DNA of 64,000 nucleotides from positions 4,575-68,574 of IMG/VR virus record IMGVR_UViG_3300021093_000062, one strand, 5' to 3'. The notes beneath the pieces are model-generated. The model saw only the letters and a list, made by a program, of their open reading frames with translations, did not search any database and was not told where the DNA came from. Origin of the DNA: a virus. Shown in pieces: positions 54,866 to 64,000 of the stretch; position 1 is the stretch's first letter, and every line of letters starts with the position of its first letter. Made by a program: the position numbers and the translations under genes.

Positions 54866-57148
54866 ATGACTTACAAGATAAGCAGGGACTCACTATTTAA
54901 CCAACTACCCCCCGGTGTCAGACAGGGTGAAGTAACTAATAATCAACTGGTTGAAAACACACCATTTTCGTATCCAACGAACGTTGCTAGAATTTCTGAT
55001 TTTAGTGGACTTGGGCAAGGCTCTCTGTCTAATGCCAATAACCAAAGTGTTACGCTAACACGTGGGTTTATGCGAAACCTAATGACAAACCTGGGACAAG
55101 ACCAACCAAAATTCCCAGATGTTAGGTGCTTCTTTCAGTTTAACCCCCAAGACATCGAACACGTAATTGAAGCTAGAAAAGACATGTACTTGCCTATTCT
55201 TCAAGATCCAAACCAGCTGCGACAGCCAATGGCTGGCAATGCAATGTTCAACTTTGAGCTAATTTTTGACAGAACAATGGAAGTTAACTCATCCACGTAC
55301 AGCACTGTTTCTCAAGGTGGAGAACCACTTCCTAACTCTAAACTTCCAGGAACCGTGGGGGTGTTTCATGATTTACGTGTTCTGTATTCAATTATAGGTC
55401 AAGGTTTAAGTGAAGAGTTGCTTGAAGCACAGCAGGCAAAACTAAAGAATGACGTTAGACAATTTGCTATAAAAAACTACAACTCTTTAAACCTGCAATA
55501 CAACTCAGAGACTACCGAGTTTAAGGCAAACCAAACTCTATTAGACCCATCAGAAGACACCTATGGTGACGACCCTAATGCGGCAGCAACCGCCAACTTC
55601 TTAAATAGCATTGTGTCTAACCCCGAATCGTCATCTATAAATACATTCATGGCAGACTTCAACGTAGGGAACTCAGCTTTCTTAATTCCCCAACCATGTC
55701 GTGTTGTATTTTCACCAGTGTTTATGGTCGATGGATTTGTTATGGGTACAAAAGTTTTGTTTACTAAATTTAGTACAAAAATGATCCCTACTCAGTGTAA
55801 AGTTTACATAACTATGCAAGCTACTTATCTTGGATTTGCTAGAGCAAAAACATTTATAACTGAGCAGCTTGATGAAACTGCAAGACAAAATACAGAAAAC
55901 GTTAGAATTGCTGAGAGGGAGTTAGGGTCTGTTGGGTCCGAGCTGTCCTCAGCTGTTCCCAACATTACGGTTGGGTTTTCCAGTGATCCTAGAGTAATAA
56001 CCAAACCTAGTGATTCTGCATCAGGTCTGTATTCCACTGAACTTTATGATTCTATATTAAATAACATACCCACTACAGTTGGCTACGCTTATCAACCTCT
56101 TTGGTTATACGCTACCAAAGGGTTTTGGTACACTCGTCCATCGATTACAAACTACGCGGGAGCACCAGCTGGAACTGGCTCTAAAACAAACATAGCTGTT
56201 AACGGTGGTAGTGAGAGTTACGACCCGCTATACATGCTTCAAAGCCCATTAACAGACAGAACCCCGCATTTCCAACCACAGTTATCTGTGAGAATTTGCC
56301 CTAGCGAAGAAAGCAAAAAACAGATAAAAGAAGATATATTTGAAAAACTGCAGTCATCTAACCCAAAGCTTTCTTTTGAAGTAGTAGCACATATTTTTGG
56401 TCCATTTGCAACCCAATCAGCTGCACAAACATTTGTTGATACTAAGATGGGGAAAACCCCATTCTCTGCGTTATCTAAAGATGTTAGAGACTCTGGTTTG
56501 TATGTCGGTAAATATTATGTTCGTAAAGACATTGACACAGCGGATAAATGGGATGACTACGCTAAAGATCCGCAGAACTGGACTATGGACATGAAGACCG
56601 CCAACGATGACTCAAACAGCTTAAATACCGCCTCTAGTCCAATAACACCTAGTACTAAAAACTCCCAAAACAAGTCTGTAGTAGATGAAGTAGACGCCCG
56701 AATTGCAGCGGCTTATGATAGCGCCCTAACCGGTTACCCTGACCAAGCATCTTCAGTAAACACAGCTATTAGTAACACAAAAAAGCTGTATTACGACGGG
56801 ATATCATCGAAAGTTGAAAATATTAATCCAAGATGGGTCGGCCCAGCTATAAACTTTAGAGGAGCGGTTGGAATGCCGCAAGAGGTATACCTAATAACGA
56901 CAGAGAGTGGTGGAGATAGGCTAGACTCTCTACTACAGTTAGTAGACAACGTACATGGATTAAGTACTAAGTACTTTGCAATCGTAGTTGACGCAGTAAT
57001 TACGTATGAAATCGAAACAGCAGCTGGTGTCTATAAAAAGGCTTCTCCAGGTGGAGTTAGAAACACCGCAGTTAAATCAGGTGGTGACTTTGGTTTTACA
57101 ACTTCATTGAACTTGGGCTGGGGAGGGTTGGCTCTTTTGCCAATATAA
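54866..57148 (+). CDS. Tail tube initiator / baseplate hub-like protein
   Basis: 'FQFNP..I', 'FELIFDRT', 'GV..DL..LY', 'F.TKMIP' pattern. Confidence 0.6.
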   Translation: MTYKISRDSLFNQLPPGVRQGEVTNNQLVENTPFSYPTNVARISDFSGLGQGSLSNANNQSVTLTRGFMRNLMTNLGQDQPKFPDVRCFFQFNPQDIEHVIEARKDMYLPILQDPNQLRQPMAGNAMFNFELIFDRTMEVNSSTYSTVSQGGEPLPNSKLPGTVGVFHDLRVLYSIIGQGLSEELLEAQQAKLKNDVRQFAIKNYNSLNLQYNSETTEFKANQTLLDPSEDTYGDDPNAAATANFLNSIVSNPESSSINTFMADFNVGNSAFLIPQPCRVVFSPVFMVDGFVMGTKVLFTKFSTKMIPTQCKVYITMQATYLGFARAKTFITEQLDETARQNTENVRIAERELGSVGSELSSAVPNITVGFSSDPRVITKPSDSASGLYSTELYDSILNNIPTTVGYAYQPLWLYATKGFWYTRPSITNYAGAPAGTGSKTNIAVNGGSESYDPLYMLQSPLTDRTPHFQPQLSVRICPSEESKKQIKEDIFEKLQSSNPKLSFEVVAHIFGPFATQSAAQTFVDTKMGKTPFSALSKDVRDSGLYVGKYYVRKDIDTADKWDDYAKDPQNWTMDMKTANDDSNSLNTASSPITPSTKNSQNKSVVDEVDARIAAAYDSALTGYPDQASSVNTAISNTKKLYYDGISSKVENINPRWVGPAINFRGAVGMPQEVYLITTESGGDRLDSLLQLVDNVHGLSTKYFAIVVDAVITYEIETAAGVYKKASPGGVRNTAVKSGGDFGFTTSLNLGWGGLALLPI

Positions 57149-57151
57149 ACT

Positions 57152-57397
57152 ATGAAGACAAAATACTTTTCCACTGATAGATACTCATTAGATAGCTCCG
57201 GGCAAACTGCTTCAAGAACCCGGTTTGTTGCAAGTGGGTACTCTGTGTACACATCCGTTGCTGGAGATACCTTTATGTCCTTAAGTATCAGATTTTTAGG
57301 GGATCAATCTCGTTATTGGGAAATTGCAGATATTAACCCTCAAGTTGAATGGCCCGATAGAATACCAATTGGTACCACACTGAGGATTCCAATATGA
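57152..57397 (+). CDS. LysM-domain baseplate protein (gpX-like)
   Basis: 'GDTF..LS.RFLGD..RYWEIADINP...GTTLRIP'. Confidence 0.85.
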   Translation: MKTKYFSTDRYSLDSSGQTASRTRFVASGYSVYTSVAGDTFMSLSIRFLGDQSRYWEIADINPQVEWPDRIPIGTTLRIPI

Positions 57398-58557
57398 TTG
57401 GCCCTTCTATAAACAAGTTTTCTGCAAGCTGCAGATTCCAAATACACGGAGTACCCCTAGACCACACGTCTATTATTGAATACGAACTTTCATTGTCCGA
57501 GAACAAACACGATTTACTAATCGTAACTATGGCTGGCGTTCCAGCAGCCGCAGTAACTGACTACATAGGAGTACCAGTAACTTTTTCCCTTGGGGAGGGT
57601 GTGGGGACATCACAACAGTTTGTTGGGTATGTTTCGTATGTTGAGCCAATGCACAACGCAAGAGACGGTCTAATAAACAAAAGCCCAATACAGCTAGCGA
57701 AAGTGTACTGCATTGGGGCATCAATGATTATGAAAGAAGTAAGATCAAAAGTATGGGAAACCCCATCACTTACAGAGATCGTTACTTTTATATCAGACAC
57801 TCATGGATTTAGTGTTGATTACCCTAAGGATTCTTATAAGCCTATTCGGCTGGTTCAATCAAGTGAAAGCGATTGGTCGTTTTTAAACAGAGTCTGTAAG
57901 AAGTTTGGTTTGGCTTTTTCACTACACGGAACACACCTTCATCTATGGGACAGAAGCAAGTTTACTGGTCGAGCCTCGTCATACCATAGAGCTATGACTA
58001 GCAATAGGACTCAAGAAAATAGACCGTTCTACGTGCTTAATTTTGAAGCAACCCTAGGAAAAATCTCGTCTTCGGGAGACCGAAGTCGAAATGTAGTTAC
58101 TGTTTTGGATTCACAAAATAACATACATGTAGTATTGGACGAAACCTCTGAGTATTTTCCCGGATCTACTGACTCACCCAAACTATTTAAAAAACCTCTT
58201 ACTCTATCTCTTAACTCTTTAGAAGAGGGTGTTAGAACTATAGATTCATACGACAAGTACAACTCAATTTACAATGCAAAACTTAACGTAATGTATGGCG
58301 GAGGGGCTGTTCCTGGTGGCATACTTTACCTTGATGGATTTGACTCAAAGTTCGACGGGTTCTGGTATATATCTGATGTAACTCATTTTGTTAAATCAGA
58401 GAACTATGTAACAGAGTTAATCCTGGCAAAATCAGAGGAATTTAATCAGGTTGTTGACACTTCTAATGTCACTACATTTCAAACACCACAGGAGTACAAG
58501 ATGAGTTTTAATGAAGAGTGGATTGCTAGCACAGCTAGGGTGTATGAGTATGCCTAG
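57394..58557 (+). CDS. Baseplate hub (late control D / gp27-like)
   Basis: 'Q..ESDWSFL.R', 'DGFWYI..V.H'. Confidence 0.8.
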   Translation: MIGPSINKFSASCRFQIHGVPLDHTSIIEYELSLSENKHDLLIVTMAGVPAAAVTDYIGVPVTFSLGEGVGTSQQFVGYVSYVEPMHNARDGLINKSPIQLAKVYCIGASMIMKEVRSKVWETPSLTEIVTFISDTHGFSVDYPKDSYKPIRLVQSSESDWSFLNRVCKKFGLAFSLHGTHLHLWDRSKFTGRASSYHRAMTSNRTQENRPFYVLNFEATLGKISSSGDRSRNVVTVLDSQNNIHVVLDETSEYFPGSTDSPKLFKKPLTLSLNSLEEGVRTIDSYDKYNSIYNAKLNVMYGGGAVPGGILYLDGFDSKFDGFWYISDVTHFVKSENYVTELILAKSEEFNQVVDTSNVTTFQTPQEYKMSFNEEWIASTARVYEYA

Positions 58558-58783
58558 CTCAGATATAACCCTGCATAGGGCCCTGGTGGTTCGGGTATCT
58601 GGTAACAGCGTGTATGTAAAGATACCCAGCGTTCTTGGGTCAAATGAGTCAATAGCATTACACACCCCTAAGAACCCAGCAGCTAATTGGCCACCTGTTG
58701 ATGGTAACCAGTTAATTGTTGCAGTTGAAGGTGAGAACTTTAATAAAGTTTACGCTATAGCAAATATCGATATTGGTATATAG
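58544..58783 (+). CDS. Short baseplate spike (gpV OB-fold-like)
   Basis: 'RALVV...V.VKIP.VLG...P..G..V'; position in the module. Confidence 0.55.
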   Translation: MSMPSSDITLHRALVVRVSGNSVYVKIPSVLGSNESIALHTPKNPAANWPPVDGNQLIVAVEGENFNKVYAIANIDIGI

Positions 58784-58795
58784 TTTGGAGTAGCC

Positions 58796-59194
58796 ATGAA
58801 ATCTATAAAGATTCCGTTCTCGTTCGTAGGTGGAAAAGTAAACTCCACAACGGACGAGGGTACTATCGCCAACCAAAAAATAGAGGCTGTGTTAACCACA
58901 ATTCGTGGCGAACGAATCTTAAACCAAACGTTTGGCAGCGACATCAAGCTACTTGTAAATGATACACCTAATGAAATTATTTTAGCTGATGCTAAAATAG
59001 AGGCTATACATGACTTAAAAGGCCAGGTGTCGGGTGCTCAAATAATTGATATGAACTTTGACCTTGATTCACTGACTAGTGATGACCCAACTTTAAATGT
59101 ATATGTTACATATAGACTACCATTAGGAAACTATAGGACTGGGAGAGTTAAACTGGCTGTTCCTGGGTTAATTACAGAAGATACGATCGTGTAG
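58796..59194 (+). CDS. Baseplate wedge subunit (gp25/W-like)
   Basis: 'VLTT..GERI....FGS'. Confidence 0.85.
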   Translation: MKSIKIPFSFVGGKVNSTTDEGTIANQKIEAVLTTIRGERILNQTFGSDIKLLVNDTPNEIILADAKIEAIHDLKGQVSGAQIIDMNFDLDSLTSDDPTLNVYVTYRLPLGNYRTGRVKLAVPGLITEDTIV

Positions 59195-59201
59195 GTAACT
59201 T

Positions 59202-60674
59202 ATGCCATCTGACCAAACATTTAATTACGCAAGTAGAACCTACGGTACTATTCGCCAAGACTTGCTTGCTAGAGCTTCTACGGTAGCACCAGACTGGACT
59301 GACAGAGACACGTCTGACTTTGGTATGTTATTTGTAGATCTATGGTCGTATATCGGGGACATAGTTCACTACTACATTGACCGCACCGGTAGGGAGTCTT
59401 TCATATCCACAGCAACACAAAGAGAGAGCTTACTAGCATATGCCAATATGTTTGGATACAAGCCAAGTGGGCGTGAGTCTGCAAGAGGTTCTGTATACAT
59501 AGCAAACACTTCCAGTGCTTCTGCGTATACACTACCTATTAATTCTCAACTTCGTGCAAACTTTGACAATGTTAACTATAATTTTTATACCACAAACGCT
59601 ATAACTATAGCTCCAGGAGCTACAGAAGAAGTTGAAGTCGTTGAAGGAAAAATAGTTACCAACGACGTGCTAACCACCTCATCCTCCGGTTCTCCCAATC
59701 AGGCGTATATCCTAACTACTACTGATCCAGCAATCTCTTCAATAGAGCTAACAGTAACAGAAGACGGTATAGGTGTACCCTACCTACAGTACCCTGACAT
59801 ATCCGACATGTCTAGCGGATCTAGAGGGTTCACAGTTAAACTAACGTCTTCTGGAACAGTTCAAGTTAGCCTTGGTAACCGTATTAACGGATTTGTTCCA
59901 CCAGCTGGATCTGTAATAACGGCTTCCTACACTCGAAGCTCTGGGGTTAGTGGCAATTTAGGAGCTAACCTAATTTCTTCGTTTGTAGAAAGCCACCCAA
60001 GTTACATTAATATCTCATCGTCTACAGCCACAACCAGTGGTACAAATGGTGAGACCGCAGAAAGCTTAAAGTCAAATATTGTCTCATCAATACGCGCACA
60101 GGATAGAGCTGTGACTCTACAGGACTACGCAGACCTTGCTAAAACGGTTTCTGGTGTATATAAAGCTATCTCTTCGTATACCCCGTCTGCCTCCGGCAGC
60201 TCAGCTGGAGCGTCGGTAACAATCTACGCACTACCGTTTGTAAGTGACTTCTTAACTACCACCAGTTACTCAATAACTGTTCCAACAACTTTAAAAAATG
60301 ACATTATAGAAAAGTTGACCCCAAGAAGTATGATTGGTGTAACACCTGTAGCAGCTAGTACTGTAACTTTAAAACGATTAGACATAGCTGCGTCTATACA
60401 AGTTTCCGAAGGGTTCGTCCGTAGCTGGGTTGAAGCAACCGTTAGAAACGCCATTGATGGGTTATTTACATTTGATAATGCAGACTTTGGAAAAGAGATC
60501 CGTAAGGGAGATGTATACAAATTGCTGATGAATCTTACAGGGGTTGACTACATCGAAATATCTGATTTTTCGATAAAAGGTAGTAATAATGTAGTAAACT
60601 CGGTGCTTGACCCTACACATATTCTCAGAAAGGGCAATATAACATTGACGTTTGCTGGAGGGATGGGTAGCTAA
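59202..60674 (+). CDS. Baseplate J-like protein
   Basis: 'PDWTD...DFG', 'ATQRES...GY.P', 'QDRAVTLQDY'. Confidence 0.88.
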   Translation: MPSDQTFNYASRTYGTIRQDLLARASTVAPDWTDRDTSDFGMLFVDLWSYIGDIVHYYIDRTGRESFISTATQRESLLAYANMFGYKPSGRESARGSVYIANTSSASAYTLPINSQLRANFDNVNYNFYTTNAITIAPGATEEVEVVEGKIVTNDVLTTSSSGSPNQAYILTTTDPAISSIELTVTEDGIGVPYLQYPDISDMSSGSRGFTVKLTSSGTVQVSLGNRINGFVPPAGSVITASYTRSSGVSGNLGANLISSFVESHPSYINISSSTATTSGTNGETAESLKSNIVSSIRAQDRAVTLQDYADLAKTVSGVYKAISSYTPSASGSSAGASVTIYALPFVSDFLTTTSYSITVPTTLKNDIIEKLTPRSMIGVTPVAASTVTLKRLDIAASIQVSEGFVRSWVEATVRNAIDGLFTFDNADFGKEIRKGDVYKLLMNLTGVDYIEISDFSIKGSNNVVNSVLDPTHILRKGNITLTFAGGMGS

Positions 60675-60677
60675 GTA

Positions 60678-62474
60678 ATGGCCCGCAAATCCTTCGTAAT
60701 ACGCAGCTCTGCACCAAGTGGTGGTTCTTATCTACAGTATTATCCAGGTGGTATTGGAGCATCACTGGGATCTGCTAGTGCTACGGGTTCTGCTTCAGCA
60801 GCATACATACGTGGTGACAGAGTTCAAGATAGACCAACACTTGGTACAGCTGTACCTGTTGGTAACGTTCTGTATAACGCAGCGTACTTTGAAGCAGTGG
60901 CATCTAACTATCAGGAAACCACCCTTACGTGGGATCTTACTTTGTATGATACAGACGCAGAAAATCCAAATTTAGTAAAACCGTATTCTGTTTTAATTGT
61001 GTACTCTAATTACGGGTGCCCAGACACTATCTCAGAGGGTATTGTTCTAGTTGAAACTAGAGATTCAAAAAAGCATGTGCATACACCAGTATTTGGTAGC
61101 TGGGCGTACTACTCAATGTTTATTAGGTACCGCTCACATGATGGTGATGACTACTATGAGATCGTGTCAAAGATCCCAGTACTTCTACCGGTTGACCAAG
61201 ATTCTTTGGAAGATCTTTACTCAAAAATTCCTGAGCACTATCGAGCTTTGGATGAGAACAGTTCTGGGGATCTTCGCAAGTTTCTGTCTGTATTTAGTTG
61301 GGACTTAGACAAAATAAAGTCAACTCTTAGACATTCCCTATCGATGCGAGACCCGTTAGTAGCGGATGAGGAATTACTAAACTATGTCGCTCAGGATCTA
61401 GGAGTTACCCTACGAACTAATGACATTGGATCTCAGAGACTTAGAGACTATTTGGTTAACTTCTCTAAACTAAAAAAGAGAGCGGGGTCTAAGTCTTCGG
61501 TAGAAGCACACCTCGAAGCCCTGTGTGGGGCTGACGTTCAAATAAACGATACCTTAAAGACTATTAGTGTTTACCCTCAAAGGGCTAACCTTCTTTATGA
61601 CCCAGCATTTGTAAATGGGATTGCGTCGGGTATTGATGGTGGTGAGCCCACCGTTGGTAACAGCGCAATCTCGTATGATTCTGGTGTAGTGGGTCAAACC
61701 CAAACTGTTACTTATGACGGTGGAGCCACGCCCACAGCTACTCTGAGCTCTGGAACAGCCACGACAGAGCGATGGGTAAGCTTTCCAGATCCTACCAATG
61801 CTCTCTACTCTTATTTAGAAACAGCTTCTACTGCTTCTCCGGGAAGCCCCAAATACATAAAAGTAACAGGTGGGGACATCCTATACTTCTCAATCTCAGT
61901 GCCAGCAGAAAGTAATGTTGCTGACTACGTAGAAGATTCTATTCTGTCAGTAGCGCTATACGCTGCAGGAGGGGCATCGGGTGGGTCAGCCAACTTGATA
62001 ACCACCGACACTACTTCTCAGGAATATGCTGGAAAGAAATACTGGAGATTAGAAGTTCCAAGCAGTGTTACTACCTACACAAACGCCGTTCTTAGTATTA
62101 AATTTGAAAATATCGTTGGTAGCTTTTCCATATCGTACTCTGACTTCCAATACGCTCTTCTTGAAAGAAACATAATTGGTGAATACTTTGATGGTAACAC
62201 CGTACGGGGCGGATGGTTAATTGGTTCTACTGGGTCGATATCTGACTACAGATGGAAAGGCACCCCGAATGATTCTCAGTCAGTCTTCTCGTCAAACTGG
62301 GCAAAAACACAGAACGTTATAGACAGACTTCTGCAGTATATTATCCCTGTTACAGAGTCCATATCGTCTGGAACCTTGTATAGTAATGGGTACTACGCAA
62401 ACAATGCTGGTTATGTAACAAAGATACCGACTTACAAGTACACTTTTACATACGACAAACTACCAGGAGAATGA
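60678..62474 (+). CDS. Baseplate wedge / tail protein I-like
   Basis: 'L.KFL.VF...D', 'LLNY.A.DLG', 'YFDG...W.GT...S.S'. Confidence 0.65.
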   Translation: MARKSFVIRSSAPSGGSYLQYYPGGIGASLGSASATGSASAAYIRGDRVQDRPTLGTAVPVGNVLYNAAYFEAVASNYQETTLTWDLTLYDTDAENPNLVKPYSVLIVYSNYGCPDTISEGIVLVETRDSKKHVHTPVFGSWAYYSMFIRYRSHDGDDYYEIVSKIPVLLPVDQDSLEDLYSKIPEHYRALDENSSGDLRKFLSVFSWDLDKIKSTLRHSLSMRDPLVADEELLNYVAQDLGVTLRTNDIGSQRLRDYLVNFSKLKKRAGSKSSVEAHLEALCGADVQINDTLKTISVYPQRANLLYDPAFVNGIASGIDGGEPTVGNSAISYDSGVVGQTQTVTYDGGATPTATLSSGTATTERWVSFPDPTNALYSYLETASTASPGSPKYIKVTGGDILYFSISVPAESNVADYVEDSILSVALYAAGGASGGSANLITTDTTSQEYAGKKYWRLEVPSSVTTYTNAVLSIKFENIVGSFSISYSDFQYALLERNIIGEYFDGNTVRGGWLIGSTGSISDYRWKGTPNDSQSVFSSNWAKTQNVIDRLLQYIIPVTESISSGTLYSNGYYANNAGYVTKIPTYKYTFTYDKLPGE

Positions 62475-62475
62475 T

Positions 62476-62730
62476 ATGGAGTTACTCATAACTAGTTTAG
62501 CTGTGTACAAGATATTGCAGTTTATTGATTCTTTGCTTCCCAAAGAGGCAATGCCATGGGTGAAGCTCTTAGCCTCCCTAGTGCTTTCGTATGGTGTATG
62601 TGTAGTAATGAAAGTAGAGAATATTTTTGTAAGTGGTGCTGCAGTAGCTGCCCTATCTGGTACAGTTCACTCAGTTCTCCGATTACTAACGCTTCTTGGA
62701 GACTCCACTTACAGAAAAAACATTAGATAG
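62476..62730 (+). CDS. Small membrane protein
   Basis: Hydrophobic helices; AGGAG RBS. Confidence 0.6.
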   Translation: MELLITSLAVYKILQFIDSLLPKEAMPWVKLLASLVLSYGVCVVMKVENIFVSGAAVAALSGTVHSVLRLLTLLGDSTYRKNIR

Positions 62731-62738
62731 GAGCTAAC

Positions 62739-63542
62739 TTGAGTAAGAGTTCGACTTACGGGATTTTAGGAACGTCAGATGTTCCTCGAGAAGTCATCGT
62801 GGCGTCACTGTCAGACAGTGGTAACGCACAGTACATCATTCCTTGGTACGGCACCAAAAAGATATCGCCAGCTCTTGAGCATGTGTATGACTGGATGATT
62901 GACAATAAAGCTAACTACCGAGTAGTTGAGTCTACGGAAGGACGCCCATTACCAAATGCAATTAAAAAGCTAGCCACGGAAATAATTCAGGCCGATGCGG
63001 TAGACATAGAGATCATGCTGTGCCTTACAAAACATGAGGACAGCGCTGCGCTCATCATGTGGGATGAGGAGAACCCTCAGAGATCCTTGTTCCTTGCCTC
63101 AACAGCAATTAGCATGGGCATTCAATCATTGGAGCTTACAAACGGGCTGGTTCCCATCGTTGTTGAGGACTCCGACTTAATTGTGTCTTCAAACAACAAC
63201 GACGACACATCAAAAATGCAAATTATTACAAAGAGTAATGCAGAAGCGCACATTGACACTCTTCTAGATCTAGACACGAGAAGTTTTGACAGAGAAACTT
63301 TAGAAGTGATGCCAGCAGTGTCGGTTAAGCGTATGGCAGCAAATGCTGGGTTTGATGTGAAGACTAAAGAAGAAGCTATCAATGCCCTAACAGGGGGTGT
63401 TGTTAAGGAACCAAACTCAAAGTTTGATGTTGGCACAGTTCTACTGATGTTCAACGATGGAACAGAACTTGGGTTCTCTATGAATAAAGAGCTTCTAAAG
63501 CAGATCATGGATGTAGTTTTAGAGCATCAATCAAACTTGTAA
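62739..63542 (+). CDS. Hypothetical protein
   Basis: GGAG RBS; TTG start; 267 aa. Confidence 0.65.
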   Translation: MSKSSTYGILGTSDVPREVIVASLSDSGNAQYIIPWYGTKKISPALEHVYDWMIDNKANYRVVESTEGRPLPNAIKKLATEIIQADAVDIEIMLCLTKHEDSAALIMWDEENPQRSLFLASTAISMGIQSLELTNGLVPIVVEDSDLIVSSNNNDDTSKMQIITKSNAEAHIDTLLDLDTRSFDRETLEVMPAVSVKRMAANAGFDVKTKEEAINALTGGVVKEPNSKFDVGTVLLMFNDGTELGFSMNKELLKQIMDVVLEHQSNL

Positions 63543-63561
63543 AAGTTTCTGACACAAAGAG

Positions 63562-63591
63562 AAAAGCCCCAGGGGTTTCCTGGGGCTTTTT
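63562..63591. terminator. Bidirectional intrinsic terminator
   Basis: AAAAGCCCCAGG-GGTTT-CCTGGGGCTTTTT between convergent genes. Confidence 0.85.
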
Positions 63592-63623
63592 CTTTTACCT
63601 ACAACTGCAGGTAACTAGTGACT

Positions 63624-63758
63624 TCACTTCTTCTTGGTAGCTGCCTTCTTGGCAGGTGCTGGCTTCTTGGAAGGTGCTGACTTCTTACCCTTGGCGGGAC
63701 CCTTTCCAAAACCAGGGTCTTTCTTGTCTTTAAGTCCACATCCACATGTTGCACACAT
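63624..63758 (-). CDS. Small basic protein (CxxCxC start, Lys/Ala/Pro-rich tail)
   Basis: MCATCGCGLKDKKDPGFGKGPAKGKKSAPSKKPAPAKKAATKKK; GGAGG RBS. Confidence 0.65.
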   Translation of the reverse strand: MCATCGCGLKDKKDPGFGKGPAKGKKSAPSKKPAPAKKAATKKK

Positions 63759-63759
63759 A

Positions 63760-64000
63760 CTAGTTACCTCCCTTCCGGTACTTGCTGGTCTTCTTTGCAA
63801 TCTTATCGGGTTGCTTTACGAATTGCTTACCCTCAGAGTTACCTTTTGCTTTAGCACGGTTGGTAGCCGCTTTCTCTGATGGTGACAATGAATCCCAAGC
63901 CTTGTCAGGTAGGTAGCGCTTCTTGCCTTTGGATTCGGAGCCGTCAGAAGTGCGCCACTTTTCCTTGGTCCATTTATCTAAGTTTTTCTGAGATTCTTTT
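63760..64000 (-). CDS. Partial basic phage protein (DUF5872-like), 5' end outside the window
   Basis: 'L.KWTKEKWRTSDG...KRYLP.KAW..LS..EKAATNRAK..G...GKQFVKQP'. Confidence 0.7.
   Translation of the reverse strand, partial: KESQKNLDKWTKEKWRTSDGSESKGKKRYLPDKAWDSLSPSEKAATNRAKAKGNSEGKQFVKQPDKIAKKTSKYRKGGN

Noticed and set aside
1-64000. Prophage boundaries, integrase or IS elements
   Set aside because: No integrase, transposase, att-like repeats or host housekeeping flanks were recognised; the whole window looks viral

Overview
A 64-kb segment of a contractile-tailed (myovirus-like) dsDNA phage. The host is most likely an actinobacterium: the window has WhiB, an MSMEG_6728-type glycosylase, an actinobacterial-type sigma-A region-4 fragment and leaderless TANNNT promoters. 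From 2.7 to 17.4 kb a leftward, probably early arm carries a MoxR AAA/vWA pair, an SNF2 helicase, WhiB, an HNH nuclease and many small ORFs. From 17.5 kb the rightward arm carries unknown paralogous proteins, a glycosylation cluster, fibre and lysis genes, and a complete terminase-portal-scaffold-capsid-neck-sheath-tube-tape measure-baseplate module. The most striking unexplained feature is a ~1.1-kb ORF-poor, highly structured island at 15.46-16.53 kb on the minus strand. It contains twin C-rich-loop hairpins, an ~580-nt ornate RNA candidate, tRNA-Arg(UCU) and an ~140-nt structured RNA. Upstream sit four tandem CRP-type boxes, the first two at the canonical -41.5 and -61.5 positions. Other points of interest are a captured sigma-70 region 4 inserted in a small protein near whiB, a tRNA-Ile(UAU), a probable +1 tail-chaperone frameshift and a shared 'QF' motif in four adjacent unknown proteins. 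All calls come from visual motif recognition and manual pairing; no searches or folding programs were run.
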